A stretch of 35,400 nt of DNA from Candidatus Micrarchaeota archaeon (GCA_018304385.1 JAGVWJ010000003.1:1-35400), one strand, 5' to 3'; shown: positions 10,556 through 19,954, counted from the first letter of the stretch. Made by a program: numbers and translations. The notes: generated from the sequence alone by a model not told the origin.

Positions 10556-11610
10556 GCAGTAGCTAGCTCAGCTAAACTTCTTTCCGTCTTTGCCAGCAGA
10601 CTAAGATTTTTTGCAATTGTTTGTTCCATGTCGTGTATGCCTTCTAATAATCTAGCCTTTTTCTTTTTTAGTTGCTCAATTTCTAATACTCTCTCTGCCT
10701 CTTCTCTGCCGTTGACTAGTAAAAGTGTATATAAATTATCATCCAATTTTCCCACACTCCCGTTTATCCTTCCTTCTAATGAAGGGGTTAGTGGTTTACC
10801 AATATTTTTTAATGAGTCAATTGCGCGCAAACGGATTTTACTACAACAATCCCGTAGTAATGTTTCAAATATTTCTACTGCATTCTTAGTTTCCATACTC
10901 ATGCATGCGTCTAATAATTTATGCTTAACTTCTGTGGTTTCCTCCAGCCATTTCTCATCTTTGTGTTTTATTGATTCTATAGATCTTATTATGCCTTCTT
11001 CTACTTGCTTCTCATGTTTTACGAATATTCGATCTAGTTTTGCTATATATAACGGCTTACAAATAAATCTTGCTAGTTTAAAAGATGCATATAAAACTGG
11101 CAAAGCGCAAGCGCCAACAATAAAGCCTAACCATCTTGCCCCGGTTTTTATTTGATCTATTATATCTAGTGCAATTCCACTCTTAGGAACTATCATTTGC
11201 TGAGACATGTCAAATAAAGATGGGTCAGCTATTCTAAGTAATAAATCTCCAGTATAATATGCAGAAATTGCACCTAAAATTGCAGTAGCATATACTGCAC
11301 CACCTGTTATGAGAATATAATTCATGATAAGGTCCTCAGTTGTTGTCTCTCTGCTGCGCGAAGATCTAGATGGCATAGCTATTAATCTTTTAACAAGTGA
11401 ACCTGCTTCTCTATGTTTTTCTTTAATTCTTATAGGTGTTATCCCTTCTCCTTCGTTATAATCAAATCTATTTGGTAAAAGTGCAACAGCCAAATTCCGT
11501 AATCTGTCAGGATCTAATTTATAACCAGTTAATGTTTCCCTAGCTATAAGCCCTTTGACTGTCTCGGATTCGAATCCTTTCCTAGTTTTTAGCAGTTTCA
11601 TCTTCTTCAA
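10552..11610 (-). CDS. Hypothetical membrane protein (2 TM, a HEAT-like motif and a C-terminal coiled coil)
   Basis: 352-aa ORF with an ATGA overlap with the upstream permease, two hydrophobic segments and IRLRAIDSLKNIG. Confidence 0.6.
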   Translation of the reverse strand: MKKMKLLKTRKGFESETVKGLIARETLTGYKLDPDRLRNLAVALLPNRFDYNEGEGITPIRIKEKHREAGSLVKRLIAMPSRSSRSRETTTEDLIMNYILITGGAVYATAILGAISAYYTGDLLLRIADPSLFDMSQQMIVPKSGIALDIIDQIKTGARWLGFIVGACALPVLYASFKLARFICKPLYIAKLDRIFVKHEKQVEEGIIRSIESIKHKDEKWLEETTEVKHKLLDACMSMETKNAVEIFETLLRDCCSKIRLRAIDSLKNIGKPLTPSLEGRINGSVGKLDDNLYTLLLVNGREEAERVLEIEQLKKKKARLLEGIHDMEQTIAKNLSLLAKTERSLAELATA

Positions 11611-12920
11611 GCTCCCTGGATCAATGCGCCAATTAGCAATAACACTGTTGAGATTACCATGTACAAGTCGATTTCTGATTTTCTTCCTGAGGCTACAAGA
11701 CCAATTATATATACAACAAATCCAACTAACAATGCCTTGTCAATTGCAAATGTGTAGATAACCGTAGCTATCATTAGCAGCATTGTAACTATTTCGGTTC
11801 CATGATATGCCCCAAGCTCTTTTCTTGATGGAAATAAAGTTATCCCGACCCAGAGCAATGTGCCTGTTGTTGCGATTACAGGAACTAGCGCTACTAGCGG
11901 CGTGAGCACTATGAATAGCAACATAAGTATGCCGCATACAATCGCAGTTAATCCTGTTCGCCCGCCTTCTCCGATGCCAACAGCGCTTTCCACATAAGTA
12001 ATAATGCTAGTTGTTCCGAGCATAGATCCACCAACAGTTCCAACTCCATCAACTGTAAGCGCTTCTTTCATCTGTGGCATTGATCCATTTTTATCCAGAA
12101 TTGTTGTGTTTTTTGTTAATCCTATAAACTTAGCCACGCTTCCGTAAAAATCAACTAGAAACAGCACAAGAATGACATTTAGCATGCGCACATCAAAGAT
12201 TACATTGAAGTTTAGTTTCATTATGCCATCTAGCATATCCTCTGATACTGTAACCATTTCGCTTGCTTTATTCGCAAGCCCGAGCGCATGCGCAAAAATT
12301 GAAGCGATTATAATGCTGATTAATACTCCGCCCCTTATTCTGAATTTTTGCAATGCCAAAACCACTACTAAACCCAAATAAAAGACATACGCAGCAGGAC
12401 TGATTAATATTCCTAAACTAGAAAGACGAACGCCTTCATATGTTATTATCCCAGCTAATCGTAATGCTATTAATCCAAGAAAAACACCAACACATAGTGA
12501 TAATCCCGTTTTCATTTTATCGGGTATTGCACGGATTATTTTTACCCGAATATTTGTCAGCGTTACTACTAAACAGATAATACCGGACCAGAATACTGCA
12601 CCAAGCGCTTCCTGCCATGTAAACCCTAACTGATTTATTACATAGAATGCTACGTAGGCATTCATCTCCATACCTGGCGCTAGCACTAGAGGTTTTTTAG
12701 CCCAAAAGCCCATTAGTAATGTTGTGAGCGCTGAAGCTATGATTGTAGCAAAAAGCACAGCACTTCTATCAAATCCGCCTTCAGCAAGAATTGCTGGATT
12801 AACTACAAAAATATACGAAAGTGCTAGGAATGTTGAGAACCCAGCGAGTACCTCAGTACCAAAGTTTGTTTTGTGTTTTGCAAATTCAAAATATTTTGAG
12901 ATGCTATCTAGGATTTTCAT
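11607..12920 (-). CDS. NCS2 family (AzgA/PbuG-type) purine nucleobase permease
   Basis: TNFGTEVLAGFSTFLALSYIFVVNPAIL, LAPGMEMNAY, GTTSIITYVESAVGIGEGGRTGLTA and multiple TM segments. Confidence 0.92.
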   Translation of the reverse strand: MKILDSISKYFEFAKHKTNFGTEVLAGFSTFLALSYIFVVNPAILAEGGFDRSAVLFATIIASALTTLLMGFWAKKPLVLAPGMEMNAYVAFYVINQLGFTWQEALGAVFWSGIICLVVTLTNIRVKIIRAIPDKMKTGLSLCVGVFLGLIALRLAGIITYEGVRLSSLGILISPAAYVFYLGLVVVLALQKFRIRGGVLISIIIASIFAHALGLANKASEMVTVSEDMLDGIMKLNFNVIFDVRMLNVILVLFLVDFYGSVAKFIGLTKNTTILDKNGSMPQMKEALTVDGVGTVGGSMLGTTSIITYVESAVGIGEGGRTGLTAIVCGILMLLFIVLTPLVALVPVIATTGTLLWVGITLFPSRKELGAYHGTEIVTMLLMIATVIYTFAIDKALLVGFVVYIIGLVASGRKSEIDLYMVISTVLLLIGALIQGA

Positions 12921-13615
12921 GCTTGCCCCTCCTTTTTGAGTTTGAATATTACAAAATCGCTGATTATCCGACCGCTAACTGCCTCATATTCTGGTGTAAA
13001 TATTATGTCACTTATTTGCACGCCTACTGCATGGAAAACTCCACTGTACCAGCCTATTGGCCTGTGCGTTTCTTCAATCTGATAGCCACCTTCTTTTTTT
13101 GTTTTCATGTATTTGTGATTATCCTCATAACCTTGGCCTGAAGAATGCCTGAAGTCTATCAATGATTCTGGAACATCAAAAATTCGTGGATTGCAGAATC
13201 CGACATACGCAGTGCCAGTAGCAGCCAGTAGATTTTTTATATTTCTTATAATTAGAACTACTTCGTCATCAGGAACAATACAAAGTACTAGATTGCACGT
13301 TACTATATCAAAACTGCTAGTTGGAATTCTATCTAATGTATCATATGCCCTCTCAGCACCTATTCGTTCAGCAGCAATTCGAAGCATTTCTGGAGATATG
13401 TCATATACATTAATGTCAGCGCCTGCCTGTAATGCTCTGCCAGCTATTATGCCCGGCCCTGCACCATAATCTAAAATTCTTTTTCCTTTTAATTCACCAC
13501 AGGCATCCAATAATTTATTATCATATATTTTTTGTTTAAGATCTTCTCCTTGCAGTTCGCCTGCCACTCTTGCCCATTCGCGCATCTTTCCAATTGTTTT
13601 TTGTTTTAGTACCAT
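12917..13615 (-). CDS. Class I SAM-dependent methyltransferase
   Basis: Motif I ILDYGAGPG, post-I VYDISPEM and FDIVTCNLVL. A GGTGG SD at 13621-13625 supports the ATG at 13615. ATGA overlap with the permease. Confidence 0.88.
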   Translation of the reverse strand: MVLKQKTIGKMREWARVAGELQGEDLKQKIYDNKLLDACGELKGKRILDYGAGPGIIAGRALQAGADINVYDISPEMLRIAAERIGAERAYDTLDRIPTSSFDIVTCNLVLCIVPDDEVVLIIRNIKNLLAATGTAYVGFCNPRIFDVPESLIDFRHSSGQGYEDNHKYMKTKKEGGYQIEETHRPIGWYSGVFHAVGVQISDIIFTPEYEAVSGRIISDFVIFKLKKEGQA

Positions 13616-13758
13616 AATTCCCACCATCTATAACAACTTAACCATTTCATAATATTTAATCTCTTTTAATAAAAAACGCAAGAAATCCGAAAAATATATA
13701 AATAAATTAGGATAATTAACAATACACGTATACTGAAGCAATAAAACTAGCAAGTAAC

Positions 13759-13794
13759 TATATTATGTGTTTATAAATATTTACACATAATATA
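13759..13794. promoter_or_regulatory. 12-bp perfect inverted repeat flanking a TATA box; putative antitoxin operator
   Basis: TATATTATGTGT-N12(TTATAAATATTT)-ACACATAATATA, 15 nt upstream of the antitoxin ATG. Confidence 0.6.
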
Positions 13795-13809
13795 CTTATC
13801 GGTGGTAAA

Positions 13810-14034
13810 ATGACAACAATGACTCTGGCCGTGCCGGCTGAATTGAAACTAAAACTAGAGGAGTTTCCAGAAATAAACTGGAGCGAAGTAGCTAGGCAGG
13901 CTTTTATGCAAAAAATAAAAGACCTGGAATTTCTAAAGCAGTTCAAAGCTGAAAGTAAAATGACAGATGAAGAAGCTTTGAAGCTGGGTAGAGAAGTAAG
14001 AAAAGGAATTGCAAAAAGAGTTCGAGGAGAATAA
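13810..14034 (+). CDS. RHH/CopG-like antitoxin (VapB-like)
   Basis: TMTLAVP...INWSEVARQA ribbon-helix-helix pattern, GGTGG SD, lies directly upstream of a PIN gene, and is a paralog of 34718-34939. Confidence 0.8.
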   Translation: MTTMTLAVPAELKLKLEEFPEINWSEVARQAFMQKIKDLEFLKQFKAESKMTDEEALKLGREVRKGIAKRVRGE

Positions 14035-14035
14035 C

Positions 14036-14362
14036 GTGGAGATTGTAATTGATGCAAATATTCTTTTTGCTATTATGATAAAGAGCGGTATTACGGAAAG
14101 AATTTTGCTTGCAGATAATTTACATACCTATGCTCCAGAATATATTTTTTTGGAATTTAAAAAGCACAGGAATGCTATTTTAAGGATTACGAGCAGGGAA
14201 GAATCAGAAGCATTAGTACCTGATAAAGATGATGCTGCGTACCTTGCGGTTTGCATTGCGAAGAGAATGCCCTTGTGGAGTAATGATAACCATTTTGCCC
14301 ACCAAGACAAAGTAAAAGTTTTTACAACCCAGGAGCTAATTAAATATCTCGGAATAGAATAA
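14036..14362 (+). CDS. PIN-domain toxin (VapC-like) with an apparent ~30-aa internal in-frame deletion
   Basis: IVIDANILF, PDKDDAAYLA and LWSND. GTG start after a GAGGAG SD. It is 108 aa versus 137 aa for the paralog at 34936. Confidence 0.8.
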   Translation: MEIVIDANILFAIMIKSGITERILLADNLHTYAPEYIFLEFKKHRNAILRITSREESEALVPDKDDAAYLAVCIAKRMPLWSNDNHFAHQDKVKVFTTQELIKYLGIE

Positions 14363-14376
14363 TTTTAGGTACTTAT

Positions 14377-15336
14377 ATGGCACTTGACAAGAAAGACAAG
14401 GAATTACTCACTTTACTTTATCTTAACTCGCGCGAAAGCTTTACCCAGCTTGGTAAAAAGCTAAAGCTAAGTAGCTCTGCGGTTGAGCGAAGAATGCGCC
14501 AGCTAAAGGATGCAGGTATAATTTCGCTATTATTTGCAGATGTAAATCTTGCAAAGCTTGGTTTTAAGGCATACAGGATTTATCTAAAATTCGATGTGTT
14601 TGATGTAAATACAGAAAAGCAGGTGCTTGCCTTATTCGAGGCATATCCGCAAACGCTTTGGGGCGTTGTATGTGAAGGGGAGTATGATGTACTTTGGCGC
14701 ATTGTTGCACGAGACGAGTTAGAAGTAGAAGATGCAATAAACACAATGACAGAAAAATTCGGTAAGAGCATTGTTGAGAAAACTGTGATTACTACTACTT
14801 ATCAAACATATTTATCCTGGAATCGTGCACTTGGCGGCGAGCGCCATCCAGAATTTCCACTTGAACGCGTTACACAATATGAAAAATTAGACAATATCGA
14901 TATGAAAATTCTATCATTGCTTTACAATAATGCGCGCGCAACTACAGTTGATATGGCGAGCATTGTTGGCTTAACACCAGATGCAGTTAGCTATAGGATA
15001 AAGAAGCTCACAAAGGAGGCGTTTATTCTTGGTTATACTGCCTGGTTTGATGCAAAGAAACTTGGATTTGAATATTATAAGATTTTAATTAATTTCAGGG
15101 CAATGACACATAATAAAGAGACTAAATTTTTGGATTTTTGCCTTGAGCATGATAATGTTATTTTCTTAAACAAGTGTATAGGCAGCTGGGATATTGAAGT
15201 GGATATACTAGTTGAAAACACATTAGAACTCCATAAATTTATTACAGAAATAAAAACAAAATTCGGCCATATAATTGGAAATCATAAATACGTATCAGCA
15301 ATAGAAGAACGAATGCTTAATCCACTCAGGGCTTAG
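14377..15336 (+). CDS. Tandem (double) Lrp/AsnC family transcriptional regulator
   Basis: Two HTH-RAM units: LDKKDKELL..NSRESFTQLGKKL..CEGEYDVL and LDNIDMKIL..NARATTVDMASIVG..CIGSWDIEV. Confidence 0.88.
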   Translation: MALDKKDKELLTLLYLNSRESFTQLGKKLKLSSSAVERRMRQLKDAGIISLLFADVNLAKLGFKAYRIYLKFDVFDVNTEKQVLALFEAYPQTLWGVVCEGEYDVLWRIVARDELEVEDAINTMTEKFGKSIVEKTVITTTYQTYLSWNRALGGERHPEFPLERVTQYEKLDNIDMKILSLLYNNARATTVDMASIVGLTPDAVSYRIKKLTKEAFILGYTAWFDAKKLGFEYYKILINFRAMTHNKETKFLDFCLEHDNVIFLNKCIGSWDIEVDILVENTLELHKFITEIKTKFGHIIGNHKYVSAIEERMLNPLRA

Positions 15337-15367
15337 AGTTATAAATAATTTCTATCAACTTCTATTC

Positions 15368-16447
15368 ATGGAATTCAAAAATATTTTACTCGCACCAGGT
15401 CCAGTCAAGGTTTTACCAGAAATATTACAAGCGCAAGCACGCGAAATGATTACACATCGCAGCAGCGAGTTTTCTGCATTGTATAAAGATTTAGTTGAGC
15501 GTTTACGTGCTTATTTTCAGAGTGAAGAAGCTTATGTACTAACTGGCAGCGGCGCGCTCGGTTTAGAAACGCTAATTGCTAATTTATGCTTGCCTAATGA
15601 AAAGATAATATGCCTCACTAATGGAGAATTTGGAGATAAACTCGTTGAAACTGCCAATATTTATACTAATGCAATCGTACATAAACAAGATGATGGGAAC
15701 GGTTGGAACCTAGAAAGAGCGAAAAAAGCAATTGATGAAAGCGAGGCACAAGCATTGGCAATGGTTTATAATGAAACTAGTTACGGAGTGCGTAATCACA
15801 TAAAAGAAATATGTGCTTATGCGAAGAAGAAAGGAATGTTTGTAATTATTGATGGCATTTCTGCTTGGCCAGGAACTCCGTTTAACTGTTTCGAGTTTCC
15901 AGTTGACGGTTTTGTTACTGGAAGCCAAAAAGGCATTGGTGCACCTCCGGGTATGGCAATGATTGGATTAAGCAAGGCTGCAGTTGAACGCTACAGTAAT
16001 CGCAAACACATTCCTAGTTATTATCTTGATCTTAGAAGGCATCAGAAACGCTATCAAAAGGATCAGCAAACTCCGAACACACCAGCGATCTCACTTTATT
16101 GGGCTTTACAAAAAGCGTTTGATGTTTTAGATAAGAATGGTGGATTATTAGCATGCATTAAGCGCCACATGGATTTTAGCGAATACGTTCGTAAGCGAGT
16201 TTTAGAATTGGGGTTTAAACTAATTGCAGAAAAAGGATTCGAAAGTTATACTGTTACTGGATTTTATGCTGATTCTGCCGAGCGTGCCAAAATGATAAAA
16301 GATAAGCTCGCGAAAGAATACAAAATAAAAATCGTTGGTTCTCGCGGCAAGTTTAAGGATAATGGATTACGTATTGCGCATATGGGAAATGTAACTAAGC
16401 AGGAATTGGATGCTTGTTTGAATGCGATCGAAAGGATATCTGAGTGA
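15368..16447 (+). CDS. Class V PLP aminotransferase (alanine-glyoxylate/serine-pyruvate or phosphoserine aminotransferase-like)
   Basis: LLAPGPV, ITHRSSEF, YNETSYGV, IIDGIS, the PLP-lysine motif TGSQKGIGAPPG, PNTPAISL and LRIAHMG. Confidence 0.9.
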   Translation: MEFKNILLAPGPVKVLPEILQAQAREMITHRSSEFSALYKDLVERLRAYFQSEEAYVLTGSGALGLETLIANLCLPNEKIICLTNGEFGDKLVETANIYTNAIVHKQDDGNGWNLERAKKAIDESEAQALAMVYNETSYGVRNHIKEICAYAKKKGMFVIIDGISAWPGTPFNCFEFPVDGFVTGSQKGIGAPPGMAMIGLSKAAVERYSNRKHIPSYYLDLRRHQKRYQKDQQTPNTPAISLYWALQKAFDVLDKNGGLLACIKRHMDFSEYVRKRVLELGFKLIAEKGFESYTVTGFYADSAERAKMIKDKLAKEYKIKIVGSRGKFKDNGLRIAHMGNVTKQELDACLNAIERISE

Positions 16448-16453
16448 GGTTTC

Positions 16454-18064
16454 ATGGGAAATTCTTTAAGAAAAAAAGAGCCGGGATCTTTAGATAGCGT
16501 AGAAAGCCAGAGGAGAAACATTATTGTAACCATTGATAAAATAAAACCTCCTTTAACAAAAGAACAGCGTCAATCATTTCAACAAATAGTTGATATGGTT
16601 TTGAAATATGGCAGCAATGCCGAAAAGTTAAAAACATTAGGCGATTTAGAACAGTTTGCTAAAATGCCTGATTTTTCTAAATTTATAGATGCTTGTAAAT
16701 TATTTGTTGAAAGAACTGGAGAAAATGTTCATCGTGGTACTTATGCTTTTTTTGATTACTGTGTTAGAAAATCATCTGACAAAGAATTGCCAGTAAAAGA
16801 GGAAGTATCTATAATTGCAGATATAATAAATGAGATGGGAAAGGAATGTGATCCTGTCGATAGGGCGCGTGCGCCCATCGTTTTTTCCAACCTCTTTATA
16901 CATCATTCCTCTGGTTTTGATCTCACTAATTTACCCACACTCAAGTCCATTGTTCAAGAATCAGTTAATAACTATTTGCTTGGATCACTTTATCTGTCTA
17001 GTGCTATTTCAGAACGGTTTGGTCCCTCTTCTTTTAATAAACTAAAGATACCTATGTTAGATGCTTACAGAGTGCTTGCTAATACTGATTTTAAGGCCAT
17101 TGATAGGCTCAAACCTCTAGTGAGGCGTAGTGATTTTAGTATTTCTGAAGTCGAGAATTTATTTTTAAACTTAAAGACCTTGGCCTTAACATCTCCTGAG
17201 CAGTTAGACGAGGCTTTGGGTGGTGCAGCACTTGGAGTGTACCGCTTAACACAAACAGGCATCGTCCATGCAAAAACTCTAGTTGCTAGTTTAGAAGTTA
17301 AAGATGCTAACCTCGAGACGTATATAAATTTTGCTTATGCATTAGATGTTTTGGGAGAAGGAAAGACTAAGGAATTATATAAAGAATACGGAATTACTTA
17401 TTTTCTAAGATATGGTAAAAAAACTTTGGAGGAACTTTATCAAACTTATAAAAATCCCGTTCCAAAGGGTAAATTACCAGATAAACCTGTTTTATTAGTT
17501 GTGTTTAATAAGAATGACTATAATGGTGCTTTTTATAGTGAAGGGCGCGAAATTGATGAATTTGCTAAGGTGTATAGAGTTCATATCTTTGAAACAGATA
17601 GTGAAAATGGGTTTTATAATTCGATAGAAAAAATAGGTAGACAAGGTGGCGTTGATGTTTTGATAATTGGTGGTCATGGTGAAGAAAGTCATGTTCTTTT
17701 GGGCACGCCAAGGAATATTCGGAGTGATGACCACATTTTGGATCTATCAGATGAAGCAGAAATAGAAGAACACAGGTTATCCAACTGGATGACGCCAAGA
17801 TCCAAACTAATTCTAGCTTCTTGTTCTACAGGAAAAAATGAAAAGGCAATTGCAGCAATGTTCTCACGTATTCTTGGTGTAGAAAGAGTATTTGCACCTA
17901 GGGAACCTTCTTCTAAGACATTTTATCAACTAGGCAAAGATGGTTTAATAGAGGATGTAACTTACGAGGTAGTTACTTCTTCAGAACCAGAAGGTGCAGA
18001 ATTTAGAAAAGGCGTTATGGGATTAGTGCCCCATAAAACTAGTAAAAAGAATAAACCTGCTTAA
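16454..18064 (+). CDS. Orphan protein with a C-terminal caspase/clan-CD-like His-Cys peptidase domain
   Basis: NDYNGAF, strand-HG (VLIIGGHG, His408) and strand-SC (LILASCSTG, Cys457), following a long helical N-terminal region. Confidence 0.6.
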   Translation: MGNSLRKKEPGSLDSVESQRRNIIVTIDKIKPPLTKEQRQSFQQIVDMVLKYGSNAEKLKTLGDLEQFAKMPDFSKFIDACKLFVERTGENVHRGTYAFFDYCVRKSSDKELPVKEEVSIIADIINEMGKECDPVDRARAPIVFSNLFIHHSSGFDLTNLPTLKSIVQESVNNYLLGSLYLSSAISERFGPSSFNKLKIPMLDAYRVLANTDFKAIDRLKPLVRRSDFSISEVENLFLNLKTLALTSPEQLDEALGGAALGVYRLTQTGIVHAKTLVASLEVKDANLETYINFAYALDVLGEGKTKELYKEYGITYFLRYGKKTLEELYQTYKNPVPKGKLPDKPVLLVVFNKNDYNGAFYSEGREIDEFAKVYRVHIFETDSENGFYNSIEKIGRQGGVDVLIIGGHGEESHVLLGTPRNIRSDDHILDLSDEAEIEEHRLSNWMTPRSKLILASCSTGKNEKAIAAMFSRILGVERVFAPREPSSKTFYQLGKDGLIEDVTYEVVTSSEPEGAEFRKGVMGLVPHKTSKKNKPA

Positions 18065-18097
18065 TCATAAATCAAAAAAAATAATAAAAAAATAAAA

Positions 18098-18625
18098 CTA
18101 TTGTACTTCCAACGTTGCTTGTATCACAGGATGAGTAGATCCAAATTTTCCTTTAAATCCATCATCATCATTGCATGTTTTGCAGTATATTTTAAAGCTG
18201 CCAGTTTTATCTGCAACAAATTCTATTTTTACTGGATTGCTTTCATCACTGGATTGTACTGCAGTATTTATTCCATATTCATCTATTGTAAACCCATGCT
18301 TATGTACTTCTTGACCTTTTGGTGTTGTTGCTAATATGCGAACTGTATCACCTTTATTTACAGTGAATTTTGCAGGACTATAACTAGTATGCTGAACAAC
18401 TGCTTTGAATTCTTTTACTTCACCATTCGCGCTCGGCGGAGCTGGTTGTGGTGTAGGAGTCGGCGTGGGGGTTGCGCTAGGGGTCTCCCCTGGCACTGGA
18501 TTTGGTTGACCTGATGGCGCAGGACTTGGTGCGGGTGCAACTGTCCCGCCTGTTGTGCCACCTTGCTGCGAACAGCCTGCAATTAATAAAATACCAAATA
18601 GAAGTAATACTAACATAAAACGCAT
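18098..18625 (-). CDS. Cupredoxin-domain secreted/lipoprotein
   Basis: Signal peptide ending in LIAGC, Pro/Thr linker, FTVNKGDTVRI, HGFTID and FVADKTGSFKIYC. Confidence 0.8.
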   Translation of the reverse strand: MRFMLVLLLFGILLIAGCSQQGGTTGGTVAPAPSPAPSGQPNPVPGETPSATPTPTPTPQPAPPSANGEVKEFKAVVQHTSYSPAKFTVNKGDTVRILATTPKGQEVHKHGFTIDEYGINTAVQSSDESNPVKIEFVADKTGSFKIYCKTCNDDDGFKGKFGSTHPVIQATLEVQ

Positions 18626-18680
18626 TTAATCCACCTCAAATAGATAACAAGAAAAAAGTTTATAATGCTTACCAACACCT

Positions 18681-19133
18681 CTAGAATTCCCTAAACATTG
18701 CTTCCATCTCTTCATCTATATGCTTCGCAAGCTCGCGCAGCTTTCGCATTCTTCGTAGCATATCCTGTTCTAATTCTTCTATTGTTTCATCTAAACTCGC
18801 ACTTCTTAAGAAATAGCGTCTGCCTTGTTTGATTACTAATCCATGGCTCATGAACATATTAATATGATATACGATCGCACCTTGCGTTACTTTTTTGTTC
18901 GTTTTCTCGCTATCAACTATTTGTCTAGTAGTTATGCCTTCTCGTCCTTTTGTTGCGCGTAGCAATTCTTTAAAAATGTCCTTCGCAATATCATTCTCGC
19001 TATCTGATAAGCCTAGGCATTCACATACCCATTCTATATCTTTATCAATAGAATGCTCAGCAGGTTTTTCCACAGGCTCGCGTATGGACATTTCTCTTAA
19101 ATAGCGTTGTTTCTGTTTTTGCCCCTGTTTCAT
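18681..19133 (-). CDS. Winged-helix (ArsR/TrmB-like) transcriptional regulator
   Basis: GITTRQIV...TQGAIVYHINMFMSHGLVIKQGRRY winged HTH plus a C-terminal coiled coil; divergent from grpE. Confidence 0.7.
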   Translation of the reverse strand: MKQGQKQKQRYLREMSIREPVEKPAEHSIDKDIEWVCECLGLSDSENDIAKDIFKELLRATKGREGITTRQIVDSEKTNKKVTQGAIVYHINMFMSHGLVIKQGRRYFLRSASLDETIEELEQDMLRRMRKLRELAKHIDEEMEAMFREF

Positions 19134-19148
19134 GTTTTAATTAAAGAA

Positions 19149-19170
19149 CGAAATATTTAAAAATATTTCG
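19149..19170. promoter_or_regulatory. 10-bp perfect inverted repeat in the divergent HTH/grpE promoter
   Basis: CGAAATATTT-AA-AAATATTTCG. Confidence 0.5.
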
Positions 19171-19213
19171 ATTTATTTAATAATCTGTTAAAATTTTAGC
19201 ATTTTGTGGTTTT

Positions 19214-19753
19214 ATGGATTTACCGAAAGAAGAGAAAAGAGAATTGCTGGAAGAACAGCAAAAGCAGGAAAAGCTAGCAACAGAGGAGCATAAGCTGCTA
19301 AAAGAAACAGATACACAACGCGTTTCAGATTTAGAAGATATGCTTAAGCGTGTGCAGGCAGATTTCGATAATTTTCGCAAGAGATACGAAAAAGAAAAAG
19401 AAGAGCTTATCGAGCAAGGAAGCGCAATGATAATATCAAAAATGCTTCCTGTTGTTGATGAACTTGAGCACGCACTTAATGAGGCAAAAAAACATAATGC
19501 AAAAGAGCATGCAGCGCTGGAAGCAACGCACAAAAATTTAATGAAGCTACTAGACGGTGAAGGTATCCGCGAAATGAAATGCATTGGCGAAAGTTTTGAT
19601 CCTTATAAGCATGAAGCAATCAAGAGCGAGCCAAGTGATCTACCAGAACGCAAGATTATTTTGGTATTGAAAAAAGGGTATTATATGCATGATCGCATTC
19701 TAAGGCATGCGATTGTAATAGTAAGTAGTGGAAAGAAAAGCAATGAGCCTTGA
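19214..19753 (+). CDS. grpE: Nucleotide exchange factor GrpE
   Basis: RVQADFDNFRKR, FDPYKHEAI and KGYYMHDRILRHAIVIVS; upstream of dnaK. Confidence 0.95.
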   Translation: MDLPKEEKRELLEEQQKQEKLATEEHKLLKETDTQRVSDLEDMLKRVQADFDNFRKRYEKEKEELIEQGSAMIISKMLPVVDELEHALNEAKKHNAKEHAALEATHKNLMKLLDGEGIREMKCIGESFDPYKHEAIKSEPSDLPERKIILVLKKGYYMHDRILRHAIVIVSSGKKSNEP

Positions 19754-19931
19754 GCAATGGGCAGTGAGCAAGAGGCGACAAAAGATGAATGAAATAAAAG
19801 TAAACGAAAAAACAAATGAATTAAATAAGAAAATTCACGAACTAGGTTTCGATAGCGAAAGCGAGTATAAATTATATTTACAAATCAAAGAATCGCTAAA
19901 ACAAAAAATAGTTATTGGGATAGCGAGTTGA
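19743..19931 (+). CDS. Small hypothetical protein between grpE and dnaK
   Basis: 62-codon ORF overlapping the grpE stop, with charged helical composition. Confidence 0.45.
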   Translation: MSLEQWAVSKRRQKMNEIKVNEKTNELNKKIHELGFDSESEYKLYLQIKESLKQKIVIGIAS

Positions 19932-19954
19932 TAAATTACATTAAAGGTGGTATT

